DNA from: Octopus vulgaris
Lineage: Eukaryota
Assembly (NCBI GenBank): GCA_951406725.2
Contig: OX597819.1
Location: 102,176,001-102,240,000 of the forward strand
Length of the DNA stretch: 64,000 bases
Direction of reading: 5' to 3'
The notes beneath the pieces are model-generated. The model had not been told where the DNA came from. It ran no database searches and saw only the letters and a program-made list of their open reading frames with translations. Within the stretch, counting starts at the first letter, position 1, and each line of letters begins with the position of its first letter. The position numbers were made by a program, and so were the translations under genes. Positions 28,118-41,906 of the stretch are shown in pieces.

Positions 28118-28348
28118 GTATGTATGCATGTATGTATGTATGTATGTATGTATGTATGTATGTATGTATGTATGTATGTATGTATGTATGTATGTATGTA
28201 TGTATATATATGCATACCTCAATGGAAGAACTGAATCAATATAAAATGTATATTTTTCGGTGAAGCTTTCATCTAAGCATGTCGGCTAATGAAACGCACG
28301 TACACGTAAGTACACCCACGCACAGACACAGATACACACACACACACA

Positions 28349-28386
<38 letters not shown>

Positions 28387-28686
28387 TGCATGTGCGTGCG
28401 TTTGCCTGTGTGCGCACATACAAACGTTCATATCGGCGCACACGTATATGACGTGATAACAAGAGCTGTGGATGCTCCAGTTTGTTTCAGTTCTCTCCCT
28501 CCTTCACTTCACATCTCACCTACCTCAAGCCCCCCCCACCACCACCACCACCTCATGCAAAGTCAGTAGGGTTTGTTTATTGTCATCAACCCAATTAATA
28601 CTCCCCAAGCCCCCTACCGCAACCCCCTGTCAGACATCCTACCCCACTGTCAGTGATGTCATAAGCACTACTGCTGCACTACTGCT

Positions 28687-28723
<37 letters not shown>

Positions 28724-29174
28724 TGTGTGTATGTGTGTGTGTATGTGTGTGTGTGTGTGTATGTGTGTGTGTGTGTATGAATGTGCGGTGTCTTAGATGG
28801 TGTTTTAAGGCTTATATATGACGCTAGGTATATGTGACTATGCTTATATATATGTCTATGTGTGTGTGTGTAGTGTGTATGAGATTTCCATGACAGTCTC
28901 AGTGCAAGTCACTCTCTCTCTCTCTCTATCTATCTTGCTTTTTCTATCTCTTTCTCTTTCCCCCCTCTCTCTCTCTTTGTTTCTTTCTATCTCATTCTCA
29001 GCATATATATGGTTAATATCCTTTCAAGATAAGTACTCGTAAACGTAGACACAGTAAAATACGTGTAGAATCATGCATATACTGAAATACATATATAGAC
29101 CTAAACACACAAAAATATATATACCCTCAAATATATATACCTCAACCACGCGCCCGGACGTACATATATATATT

Positions 29175-29218
<44 letters not shown>

Positions 29219-29239
29219 TATGTATATATATATATACAA

Positions 29240-29298
<59 letters not shown>

Positions 29299-30001
29299 GA
29301 TGTACGGGCGTGTGTTCACAGACATATATTTGAGAATATAAATATATTATTTTGTGTTTAGGTTTATATTTTTTATTATGTATGCGTGTGTGTTTGTGTA
29401 TGTGAGTGTACCCATAAAAGCAATATATATAATGATTATTGTTTACTATTTATCTACCCGTTAATATATGATATAAATCGATGTTTGTATTCGAGCACGT
29501 GCTCCACTACATTATTATTAAAAAATGTGAGAGTACACAATATATATATTAGGCAATATCAAATACTTCCATTGTTGTTTTTATACTTGCCACTCTAATG
29601 TTAGGAATGTACTCGCGTGAAGATCGCAAGGGCATGAAACACAGGTGTACAGCAATAGGTTTCAAGGTAGATACGGCACTTTGAATCCAATAAACGCTAC
29701 AAATAATTCCATAATCTATATTATATAACATTATACCTTAAAAACTGTGCGGATCGACATCTACACTCTCAGATCAGTATGAATTTATCGTAGCTACTTA
29801 ATTTTAAATTTAATAATTTAGGAGGTCACCGCTTCTGATGTCACTTTGGCGTAGTGGTTACGATAATTATACGATTTAAAACAGATTACGTACTCAAAAG
29901 GTTTAGGCGTTCTTACAACTATCTTCTCTCTGTTTGCCTGTCTGTCTCTCTCTCTCTCGCTGTATATATTCTTTTACTTGCTTTAGGCGTTTTGACTGTG
30001 G

Positions 30002-30047
<46 letters not shown>

Positions 30048-30168
30048 GATGGACTGCATGACGGACTGTAGTTTCTGTCAATCAGACCTTCTTTATGAGG
30101 TATTCCTCAAAGTTTATATATATATACTTACATCTATAAGATATGGTATAAAAACAAGTGTATGTGTT

Positions 30169-30212
<44 letters not shown>

Positions 30213-30732
30213 ATTATGTATATATATACATACACACATACATACTAATGCACAGGGAAAATAACATAATGATCACCAGTTTTGCAGTTCCTTTGTTTCG
30301 TTTATTGCTTGTAATACTTATTTCGTGTGTATTGTTCTTACTGTGTGAAGAAATTTTAAGAGGACATACAAAAAGTCTTATAATAATGTATTCTATAAGA
30401 GCGTGTGAAGGGCTCTGTAAAGAGTGATGTCTGTGAAATACTAGTTAATGTTAATTTATGTGTGAAATTGGCCATTTTTGATTTATGTATATTGTATGTA
30501 ACAGAGCGGGTTGAATAGCAGTGTGGTGAAGGTGGCTAGAGTTAGTTTACGGAAAGGATGGTGGCGAGGAGGGGGTGGGGTGAGTTGGAGAGTGGGGGAT
30601 AAATTTCAACGAATACATATCTAAATATCTGAAAATGCGTATGTGGGTGTGTGTGTGTGTGTGTATATATATAAATATATATATGCATACATATACTCAC
30701 ACACATATATATGCGTGCATATATACATACAT

Positions 30733-30763
<31 letters not shown>

Positions 30764-30794
30764 CACATACACACGTATATACATTATATATATA

Positions 30795-30834
<40 letters not shown>

Positions 30835-30888
30835 TACACACGTATATACATTATATATATATATATGTGTATATATATATATATATAT

Positions 30889-31008
30889 ACACACACACGC
30901 ACGCACACACACATACATATATGCATATGTATTACTACATATATATATATATATATATGTAGTAATACATATGCATATATGTGTGTGTGTGTGCGTGCGT
31001 GTGTGTGT
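30889..31008. repeat. 120 bp palindrome centred on (AT)10
   Basis: Arms 30889-30938 and 30959-31008 are reverse complements with one mismatch, including the non-repetitive atgtattactac/gtagtaatacat. Confidence 0.93.
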
Positions 31009-31305
31009 GTGCTTGTGTGTAATATATGTAAATAGATTCATGCAAATATTCATTAATATATGTGAGCTTATGTGTCTGCGTATGTGCTTCAGAGTCTACG
31101 TGCCTTTGTGTATGTATCCGTGTGGAAATGTTGATCTGTGATTTTGGTATATAATGTATATATTAATATTTCGTCATTTGAGATTGGCAGTAAGTGGCAT
31201 ATTTAAGAAAAAGAAGAAAAGGAAAAAAACACACCTGGTAAATTTAACCTTACAGAAACACACACTGACGCACATAAACACACCTCTTCACAGACACACA
31301 CTCAA

Positions 31306-31382
<77 letters not shown>

Positions 31383-31424
31383 TATGTATGTATACATATA
31401 TATATATATATATATAAATATATG

Positions 31425-31466
<42 letters not shown>

Positions 31467-31528
31467 TTTATAAACGTTCATATGTTCTATAAGTGACTGC
31501 ACGTAGTACAAGCTGTTTCAAAAATACG

Positions 31529-31592
<64 letters not shown>

Positions 31593-31794
31593 TAAAGAGA
31601 GTAATATTTATGGACATTAACTACACCACTATCACCACCACCACCGACATCACCCTTGCCGACGTTACGGTTTAACGTCAGCACCCATAGTGGCATGTGT
31701 TGGATGAGTTGTCATCGATTGACTCAAAGAAGCTAGTCCAGTTTTCTTTACATGTGGATATATATTAATGATCAAAAGTCTTTCTTGCCAAGCC

Positions 31795-32042
31795 AGAGGC
31801 TCATAAGGCTAGTTACCCGGATCCTGTGGTGTACGTATATACATATATACATATATAACGTTCCTCCTCCTGGAAAGGAAGCCCATCCTTCAGAGGATTA
31901 CTTCTATTTTATATAGCTGAGTGAACAGTAGGGACGTGAAATGAAGTACTTTCCTCTAGAACTTAACGCATCATTCTATCCAGGAATCGAAACCACAATC
32001 TTACGATCGTCTGTGCAACAGCCTAACCGCTAAAGACGCGCC
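31795..32042 (-). mobile_element. tRNA-headed SINE, family C head with family D-like tail
   Basis: Reverse complement reads ggcgcgtctttagcggttagg...gtggtttcgattcctgg; tail ...tccagg...ccgggtaactagccttatgagcc. Confidence 0.65.
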
Positions 32043-33097
32043 CTACCCCCACATATATATGTGTGTGTATGATTATGTGTATCAGTGTCTGGTGTGCGTG
32101 TATGTATATGTGTATGACTGTGTTGTGTGCATATGTGTGCGTGTATGTGTGTGCGCGCATGTGTGTTAGGTGGTGTGCGTTTTTGTGTCGAGCATAAAAT
32201 GTTTAACACTGATGAAGAAGGGCAGTGGTTCGGTAACTGATGATGAACTGTTGATGATAGAACGGCATGTATTGCCTAACATCATAATGATGATGATGAT
32301 GACAACGATGACGATGATGATGATGACGATGAAGATGATGATGATAATGCTGAAGACGATGATGATGATGGTTATAACGACGAAGACATTGGCTGTGACG
32401 ACAATGACCATGGTGGGTCTTCTGTACTAAATTCGAAGCCACATCTTGACTGAAATCTCTATGTTCCAAATAAATGTTGCTTAAACATACAGTAAATGAA
32501 ACCCAGCAACTAATTAATTTCATACTACAAATTTTATGTCTTTTTTTTTAAAGCCAAATTTCCGAAAGAGAGAAGGGTAGATTGAAAGAACAGTGTGTAT
32601 GTCCATATGATGGCCCAAAAACTCCTTTTGGCGTGCTTCAGAGGATAGCAACTGCTGTATTAAGTGTATTTAGATCGAAATTGTTGTTTGAGGATAAACA
32701 GGTGAATTGAGTTTCTCCTTCCATATTCGCAATGCTACACCCGACGGTTTTACAAAACAGATCATTAGAAAACATCAAAAGCAATAGAAAATTTGAAACA
32801 ATGGCACGTCATCATCACCAACATCATTCTCGACCTCAACGTCGTCATCGTAGTCATCATTATTAATAATGCTTCATTAGCGTGTGCCTGTTAACAATGC
32901 TTTTTTTACGTACAGTTAACTTATGAATATTTAAATGTAGCCAATAATATCGTTGTTTAAAGACTTTTCTGAAATTCACATAACCCAAATGTGTGTCTCT
33001 CTATGTTTGTGTGTGTGTACGTGTGTGTCCTTTGGTGTGTGTTGCCAAATACATGCATATATGCATGTTCGCATGTGTGTGTGAGTGTGTATGTTAT

Positions 33098-33133
<36 letters not shown>

Positions 33134-33350
33134 AAAAAGTGAGAGAGATTGACTTTAATTCTATGCATATACATATAGGTATTATATAAAATTAAGTTAA
33201 TTGATACATGAATATACATGTGTATACGTGCATCCATACACACACGCATGCGCGCACACTACACACACACACACAAATATATATACATATATACATGCGT
33301 TTAAAAAATAGGCACACCTCATTTAAGTGTTTACGAGTGTACCTATAGTA

Positions 33351-33392
<42 letters not shown>

Positions 33393-34020
33393 GTGGGGGT
33401 GTATGTATGTATATATGTATGTATATATACATATACTTATACATACAAGTATATAGGAGTACCTAGATTCATATGCTTACATACGAAGGGATATATACAA
33501 ATGTGTGTATATACGTATGTTTTTGTGTGTGTGCACGCATAAAGTGTAGCATCTTACAAACGCATATGATATTCATAAACCTCTACTTAGAAACAGACTA
33601 TATATTCACATATGCGTACAAAAATAGCACATATTAACTAGTTATAAAGAGGGAGACGGGGAAATAAAGATAAAGCGGGAGAAGGAGTGATAGAAGGAGG
33701 AGAGAGAGAAAATAATAGGTGTTGAAAATATATTTGTGGGCAGCTCAAGTCGGCCATATTAACGTGACGTGTCATTTATGAATTGTCGATATGGAATTAT
33801 TGTATTTACTAAAATATGTTTACATCGTCAGGCAGACGGAATGTTCCAGTCATAGCAGAGTTTCAGCTGAGATTACATTACTCCTGCCTTATATCCTCTT
33901 CTCCTCTCACTCCTTCTTTCACTGTATTTTTTTTCACTCCTCCTACGCCTCTACCACAATAACTTATACAAGAGAAGAAAATCTTGTGTTTTCTTATAAC
34001 TTGGTCTGTCAGAAGGCGCC

Positions 34021-34057
<37 letters not shown>

Positions 34058-34080
34058 ACACTTCACACATGCTCTCTCTT

Positions 34081-34161
<81 letters not shown>

Positions 34162-35252
34162 ACACATTGATGCAGCTGTTGTTTTTGTGTAACCTTTTCT
34201 GAGCACCAGTCGAGCAGATTTATAATCAAAGCATCCCGACCATGACTATCCCTTCATATCAGTTTTATGTGAGACTGACACAATTCAATGTGTACATTAT
34301 TGCAACCTAAGACGGCTGAGTGAATTGAAGGACATTTGAGTACAATTTCGATAAGATCAAAGTAACATGTAGAGGAGATTCGTATAACGATTGTACCACG
34401 TCGGTGGTTGGCTTGATTTTAGCATTTTTGTTGATGTAGTTCCGTCTCAGATCAATTCTAATCCGGAAGAAATATGATGAAAGGCGTGCCAGATTTGACC
34501 ATCCTGTATGTTATTATCTAATGATGTATCCTTTTTTTCTTATGACTGCGCGATGTGGTAAAAAAGGATGTGGCTAGTATGTGTAATTGGTTAAACACTC
34601 GCGTACAGGTTCTCCATGACGGAGGTTGCGGTGGTTATGTTGGTAGTAGTGCTCGTAGTGGCGGAGGGCGAAGAGGAAATGGTGGCCGTACTGTTGGTAT
34701 TGTTACCAATGACGATCATGATGATAGTGGTGGTGAGAGGTAGTGAGTGGCTGTAGAGTGAGTGTTGGTAGAGAGAATAAGCAGTTTACGTTGGAGGCAA
34801 TATGGCCGCCACTGTTGTAGGTGTTGATGACAATGGTGGTGGCGGCGGGAGGCGGGCGGCGAGAGGCAGGAGTGGACGGATCCGTGACAAAGACAAAAGT
34901 GGGTGAAAGGTGGAGTGCGGTGATGGTTGGTTTGTAATAATGGCAGCAACGGCTGATGGTTATATGGTGGTGGCGGTGATATGGGGTGGGGAGAGATGGT
35001 CGAAGAAAGGTAAGGGGATGGTAAGAGTAGCGTGAAATACGTAAGTGGGGACTTGGAGAGCAATTATGAAATTATAGAGATCAAACGTAGCGGAGTGTGT
35101 GTAGGTGAGTGTGTTTATGTTTGTGTGTATATGTATGCGTTTGTTTTGTGGGTGAATGTGTGACCACTGGAGAATGTGTCTAGATCCATAAACATATGTG
35201 TATGTACATACACATGCATACACATGTATGTTCGTGTGTCTAGCTTTACATA

Positions 35253-35555
35253 TTCTTTCATTCTTTTATTTGTGTCATTCACTTGACTACGGTCATGCTG
35301 GAGCACAGCCTTAAATGGTTTTGCTGAACCGCTTAGTTACGGGAACAGAAAAAACGCCAGCATCGGTCGTCAAGCGAGAAACAAATACACACAGATTAGA
35401 GACAAGTGTTTCCATCTACCAAAATCCACTCTCAAGGCTTCGGGCGACACGAGGCTATAGTAGGAGACACTTGCCCAAGTTACCACGCAGTGGGACTGAA
35501 CCTGGAACCATGTGGTTAGGAAGCAAATTCTTACTACACAGCCATGCTTGCGCTT
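35253..35555 (-). mobile_element. SINE family B with internal deletions
   Basis: ggtcatgctggagcac...ctgaaccgcttagttacggg...ctaccaaaatccactc...cacttgcccaag...cagtgggactgaacctggaaccatgtgg. Confidence 0.88.
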
Positions 35556-35765
35556 ATATAGATAAAAATGCTTGTATTTATGTTTAGTTATAATGAAAAC
35601 AATGACATTAATTTGATGGGTTACTCTTTACTTTTGCGGAGTACAAATTCATTGTTCTTAAACAAGAATATCATTCTCCATTAAAACCAACACTCCAACC
35701 GAATTACCTTTCCTCTGAGACCCATATACCCGAGGAAAATTTTACCTCATAACAGAGACTACATC

Positions 35766-35810
35766 GCAGTCGGACGACGACATAGCTGGCCGAAACTTCG
35801 ATGTCACTGT
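35766..35810 (+). ncRNA. Hammerhead-like motif, degenerate (core CGGACGA)
   Basis: GCAGU-CGGACGA-cgacauagcuggcc-GAAA-CUUCGAUG-U-C-ACUGU: stem I pairs, GUC triplet, stem III one change from a palindrome. Confidence 0.5.
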
Positions 35811-35833
35811 CAAAAACATTCGTGGTTAAGAAG

Positions 35834-35866
<33 letters not shown>

Positions 35867-35909
35867 GGATAGATACATACATACGTACGTACATACACAA
35901 CGCACATGC

Positions 35910-35946
<37 letters not shown>

Positions 35947-35975
35947 ATAGATACATATATACGTATATACACACG

Positions 35976-36007
<32 letters not shown>

Positions 36008-36404
36008 GCTGGAATTTTACTCTACATGCTTACATAATACAAACATACATGTGTGTGTGTGTGTATGTGTACATATATACACACAACTATACAGTTGTCT
36101 GTGTTAAGAGATAATAATGTAGGTTGTACTTTATTATTGTGGTAAGTGTGAATGTGTATGCGTAACATACACAGTGATCTAAGTGCTGACCCTCACGCAC
36201 AGAAACACACAGACACAGAGATAGACACACACACACACGCAAATTAATCTCCCAAAATAGCTGTATTGATAGTAATTATAGAGTATGAGTATATAGTTTA
36301 GTTAGTGGACAGTGCGGCAGTGAGTAAATAAAATAAAGAGAGGGACGTGTTGTCTTATGTCTCACCCACGAGTATTAACATTGTAGGACAATTGTACTCC
36401 ACGA

Positions 36405-36444
<40 letters not shown>

Positions 36445-36558
36445 GGCGCAAGAGTGACTGTGTGGTAAGTAGCTTGCTTACCAACCACATGGTTCCGGGT
36501 TCAGTCCCACTGCGTGGCACCTTGGGCAAGTGTCTTCTACTGTAGCCTCGCGCCGACA
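36445..36558 (+). mobile_element. SINE family B, 5' part (tRNA-like head plus CORE-like block)
   Basis: ggcgcaagagtgactgtgtggtaag...gggttcagtccc...ggcaccttgggcaagtgtctt. Confidence 0.88.
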
Positions 36559-36560
36559 TA

Positions 36561-36735
36561 GGGCAAAATGCTTAGCGTCCGTTCTTACATTCTGGATTCA
36601 AATTCCGCCGCGGATGACTTTGTCCTTTATCCTGTTGAGGTCGATAAAATAAGTACCAGTTAAACACTGGGGTCGATGTAATCGACTTACCCTCTCCTCC
36701 AAAATTGCTGCCCTTGCGGTAAAATTTAAAACCAA
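36561..36735 (+). mobile_element. SINE family A, 5'-truncated
   Basis: gggcaaaatgcttagcg...ttcaaattccgccg...ggtcgataaaataagtaccagttaaacactggggtcgatgtaatcgactt. Confidence 0.85.
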
Positions 36736-36753
36736 CATCATTATCATTATTAT

Positions 36754-36806
36754 TACTCTTTTAATTGTTTCAGTCATTTGACTGCGACTATGCTGGAGCA
36801 CCGCCT
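36754..36806 (-). mobile_element. SINE family B 3' tail fused to the 5S sequence
   Basis: Reverse complement aggcggtgctccagcatagtcgcagtcaaatgactgaaacaatt...agagt matches the tail at about 50452-50505. Confidence 0.85.
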
Positions 36807-36915
36807 TTAAAGTGCCTAGGTTTCCCAAACGGTCACCCGTACTCACTAGGCTCGACGTTATAAACTTTGGTGATCGGACGAGAACCGGTGCTTTCAAAGT
36901 GATAAGGCTGTAAGC
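36807..36915 (-). pseudogene. 5S rRNA-derived sequence (retropseudogene or SINE3 head)
   Basis: Reverse complement gcttacagccttatcactttgaaagcaccggttctcgtccgatcaccaaagtt...aacgtcgagcctagtgagtac--gggtgaccgtttgggaaacctagg follows the metazoan 5S rRNA sequence; about 6 nt (ttggat) missing in the box C region. Confidence 0.9.
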
Positions 36916-37274
36916 ATTATTATTATTATGTCTTTTTAAAATGTAAGTTCAAATCTCTCACAACTTTTGAATTTACGTTTTTGTTGGTTTGTGTTGCATC
37001 CAGACTGTTGGAAGATGCCCTTGCCAGTTATATTTAGGGATCGATTAAACCGTCTGCTGAAGTCAGTCCTGTGTGTATAATATCTATATCTGTCTGCATG
37101 CTTCTCTATCTGTCTGTCTGTCTCTGTCTGTCTGTCTCTCTCTCTCGCTCTTACTCACGCACAGACCAAACTACTACTGTCCGTGTGCTCAAGTTCTCGT
37201 AACATACCAGTTGGGCAAGGGAATGAATAAATATGCACCAGGCTTAAAAAAAATTTAAAGGATAAAGATGAGTA

Positions 37275-37341
<67 letters not shown>

Positions 37342-37504
37342 GTGAGTGAGAGAGTTTTGAAACACCTGGTGTTGAGACAATCTCTAACAGATTGAGTCCG
37401 GTTTCGACTGCCAGCTTTCAAAAAATGGACACCAATATGGGAAGATAGGGATAAAACGTAATGTCAAATGCTGAGAAATTTCAACATGGTGCACAAAGAG
37501 AACG

Positions 37505-37640
37505 AACTAATTGTGGTTAGTAAGCTCGCTGTGCAACCACATGTTTTCAGAATAAGCTATACGCGCACCACCTTAGGCAAGTGCCTTCTGCTATTTACAA
37601 TGCCTTGCGAATAATGAATCTGAGAGACAGAAACCGCTGT
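37505..37640 (+). mobile_element. SINE family B, degenerate 5' half ending near (TA)n
   Basis: caaccacatg...caccttaggcaagtgccttctgctat...gccttgcga...gacagaaac. Confidence 0.65.
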
Positions 37641-37658
37641 ATGCATACACAGACACAC

Positions 37659-37771
<113 letters not shown>

Positions 37772-37913
37772 TACATACATACATATAATAAATCATAGGT
37801 ATGTTAGTGCAAACAGGAAAAATAAAACTCAAAATCTGAGTGTATATGTATTAATATTTAGCAGAAGTACAGAGTGACTTAAGATCTCTGAGTTTCGTGC
37901 GTTGGCAAAATAT

Positions 37914-37919
37914 TAATAA

Positions 37920-38000
<81 letters not shown>

Positions 38001-38004
38001 TAGT

Positions 38005-38010
<6 letters not shown>
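37914..38010. repeat. (AAT)n microsatellite
   Basis: Direct reading. Confidence 0.95.
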
Positions 38011-38057
<47 letters not shown>

Positions 38058-40504
38058 TCTGTCTATCTGTATGTCTGTCTGTGTGCGTGTGCACTTACAT
38101 GTAAGGATATATGCATGATTTATGTATGTATGAACAAATACACAACAAACTAACGACCTACATGTACTAACACGTTCTTCCTAAAGAACGTTCTTCATTT
38201 CCTTTATATTTCTGTTAAATTCTCGCCAAATTTTCTCTTATTTCATTTCTTCTTAACTTACATTACTCCATTCACAATCTCCTTCTAGCATCCTTCTCAC
38301 TTCTCTCTCCTCTACCTCTGTCTTTCTCACTCTCTCTCTCTCTCTGCTTCCCCCATTTTCTCTTCCTTCCTTTTTCTCTCTCCCTCTTCTTCTCCCTCTC
38401 TACGTATTTGTGAGCCTTCTTTCTACGCCATTTTCTCTCTCGCTTAACTTTCGACGATACATTTCATTACGGAAATATAATTGACAGTAACAAATTAACA
38501 TTTTCATTTGAGGCGGAGATAGGAATGAGGAAGACGACGATAATGCCAACCTCGAAGATTACGATGATGATCATGATGATGATGGTGGTGACGATGACAG
38601 GAACTATGCTGAAGATAATAAGTAGCATCATATCCATTATCTTCCTTTTCTACATCATCATCATTATGATCATAACCTACGCATTCTCCTGTTTTGTTCA
38701 TCAATCGATTGCTGAATGGCAATAATGCGTAGTAACCCACATCTATAAACCAAAAACTCTAAACAAAAGATTAGTTAATTATTTAATATTCAATTCCTTA
38801 TAGGCACACCTACACATGATACTATTTTAGAGAAAAGCGGACGAATTTAATAAGTACCGCTGATGACGTCGTTACGGATTCTGAGTGGTTTCTGTAAAGT
38901 TTTGAGGGTAGAAAACTGTCCCCAAATTTCGTTCACCTGTTAATATTAGTTTCAATTTTATATTTCGGCTCATCATCAGTCAGTTTTTTATTCAAAGAAA
39001 TTCTATTTCAACTGACATGCTTCACGCAAACACAAACTTCTACTGCAACAGTTGCTGAACGAAAAAGACTATTATCGAATTTCAGTTTGACACTATATTG
39101 CATAAAAACTTACAAGATATAATCCTATATATGAATCTGTGGTTGCGGTTTCATCCTTAAATATAACTAACACATTGCGGTAGTTATGATATTTATATAA
39201 GATTTAACATCATTATTATTTTGATTTCCTGTTTCATCATGTAACAAAATAAATCTAATTAAGATATGAGAATTAAATGACTTTATTTTGCGTCCTTTAC
39301 TTTGTCTCTTCCTCAGCCACCCTTGCATTATCTGTCTCACACCATCATCACGGTGCATGCCACTCACTGTGTTCGTACTATTCTTACTCCCCCGCCAACC
39401 TAGTTATCTCTCAGCCCTATTGTATTCCAATTTGAAACTTGAAAAATCGTTGATTTTGGGAATTCTCACTCTGTAATTGCGTGCATGTGTTGGTGCATGA
39501 GTCTGGGAGTGCAAGAATGCATACAGATGCAAGGATGTCAGCATGGGCGTGTATATGTATATGTATATATATATACACATGTTTTACGCCCACAAGACGA
39601 CATAAAAACGTACGTGACTGTGTCCATGTGTATGTCTTTCTAAATTTAGTTGTATATGCAGTCGCGAACGAGTGTTCTTTAGAGTGTGTGTATGTGTATT
39701 TGTGTGTATTTCTAAGTGTGTGTGTTTCTGTGTACTTATTGCATTCAATGTGCAGAGATTAAAATGTTTCGATTTAAATTTTATGTACCGTTTCGTTTAA
39801 TAAATATATACGGTGAGTAAGCTTAAATGCACTGATACATACATTCATACATATATATACATATACACATACACAACTACACACGCATAAACATATATAG
39901 AAACACACCTGTAGATATAGAAAGTGTGACACATACGCACTGGAACACAGACACAAAGTAATTATAAGAGTGATACATAGACATTCAAAAACATGCAAAG
40001 ACAAACCAAGATATATACATATATAAACAACCTGTAGGTAGATAGATAGTTTGGGATACTCATACCGACGCACACATATAAATATATAGACTGAGACACA
40101 CCTGTAGACAGACGGAGATTGTCAAGCATACACACACACACAGACACACACGAACACACACAGTAATTATAGCTGTAGTTGGGGGAAAGACTTTCCAAGT
40201 ACAACGACACAAGATAAGTAGTATCAATTAGAAAACAAAGCTGAACGAATGCAGTCATCCCAATATACTAAATGACTTAACAGTCATTTCCTACTGTGCC
40301 GACATCTACGCTCATAACACATCCATTCACACAACACACACACGCACATACACACACATACAGAGAGAGAGAGAGAGAGAGACATATATAAATACATGCA
40401 CATAGACATACACACATTATTTGGATAGATATGTTCATAGATACAAATGTAGAACTATCTATCTGTATACCTATGTTATATACATAAATAAATGTATGTA
40501 CATA

Positions 40505-40536
<32 letters not shown>

Positions 40537-40542
40537 ATCACA

Positions 40543-40582
<40 letters not shown>

Positions 40583-40703
40583 CATGTGCATACATACACA
40601 GAAATATTCATTGACCTATATCAGCATAAACACATTTCAATATATCTATATACATTTATATATCTGTATACATAAATATACATACACATATATATATATA
40701 TAA

Positions 40704-40745
<42 letters not shown>

Positions 40746-40879
40746 CATATGTATATATACGTATATATATGTATATACATCTATATATATGTACATATAT
40801 ATACACACATATAATATACATATACATATGTACATATATATATACACACACACATATATATATACATCTATTATGTATA

Positions 40880-40941
<62 letters not shown>

Positions 40942-41235
40942 CTCACACACACACATATATATATATATATACATGCATACACACATACACACACATATTC
41001 CATTCTGAGTACAAGCCTGTCATAGCGTGCATTTGACCACAGACCTGGGCAGCGAGTGCCAACCAAGAATGACGTGGCTCCGAAATGAAATTCTTCACAA
41101 TACCATCATCGGATGAAGGTAGATTAAACTACCGGCCAAGCAGATATATATACATGTGCACACACACACACACACACGCACTGAAGCACATACATTCACC
41201 TACAAACACACATATGCGCATATAAAAATGTATAC

Positions 41236-41284
<49 letters not shown>

Positions 41285-41596
41285 TGTATATATATGTATA
41301 TATATATATGTATATAAATATACACACACAAAGTGATACAGGGATAAAGGGAGAGAAGAGGAGGATAGGAGAGAGGGTTTTATTTATAACTAGTTACTAA
41401 TAGTTGAGTATTTTACCCCTAAACAGGTATTTTTAGACGAATGGTGAGTTTTCATGCAGGATAATTACAGGCACGATGGTATAGGAGAATTATTCCACCG
41501 AAATCACTAGAACTGTAATCAAATATACATACACTACTTCATATGTACACTAACTCAAGTATGCTTGTGTATGCTCATGTACACAAACACACACAC

Positions 41597-41636
<40 letters not shown>

Positions 41637-41713
41637 CTAATAAACAGTTTGGACGAAACTTGTCCCGTCAGACACACACACACACACACACACACACATA
41701 AATGTATATATAA

Positions 41714-41854
41714 GCGCAAATGTGAAAGCTTGGCTGCGTGTTAAAAAAGTTTCCTTAGCAATAACATGGTTCCAGGTTCGGTCCTACCGCGTGGCACCTT
41801 GGGTCGACCAAAGACCTGCGAGTAGACCTGACAGACGGAGGATGAGAGAAGCCC

Positions 41855-41860
<6 letters not shown>
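41714..41860 (+). mobile_element. SINE family B, 5' half ending at (TG)n
   Basis: acatggttccaggttcggtcctaccgcgtggcaccttggg...agacggag...agaagccc. Confidence 0.75.

Positions 41861-41906
<46 letters not shown>

Noticed and set aside
33830-33890. Minus-strand taatctcagctg resembling the miR-216a 5' end
   Set aside because: The 3' half diverges and the putative mature sequence would run into the loop
38940-38985. Minus-strand CTGATGA...GAAACTAATA
   Set aside because: Stems I-III do not pair adequately; too decayed to support
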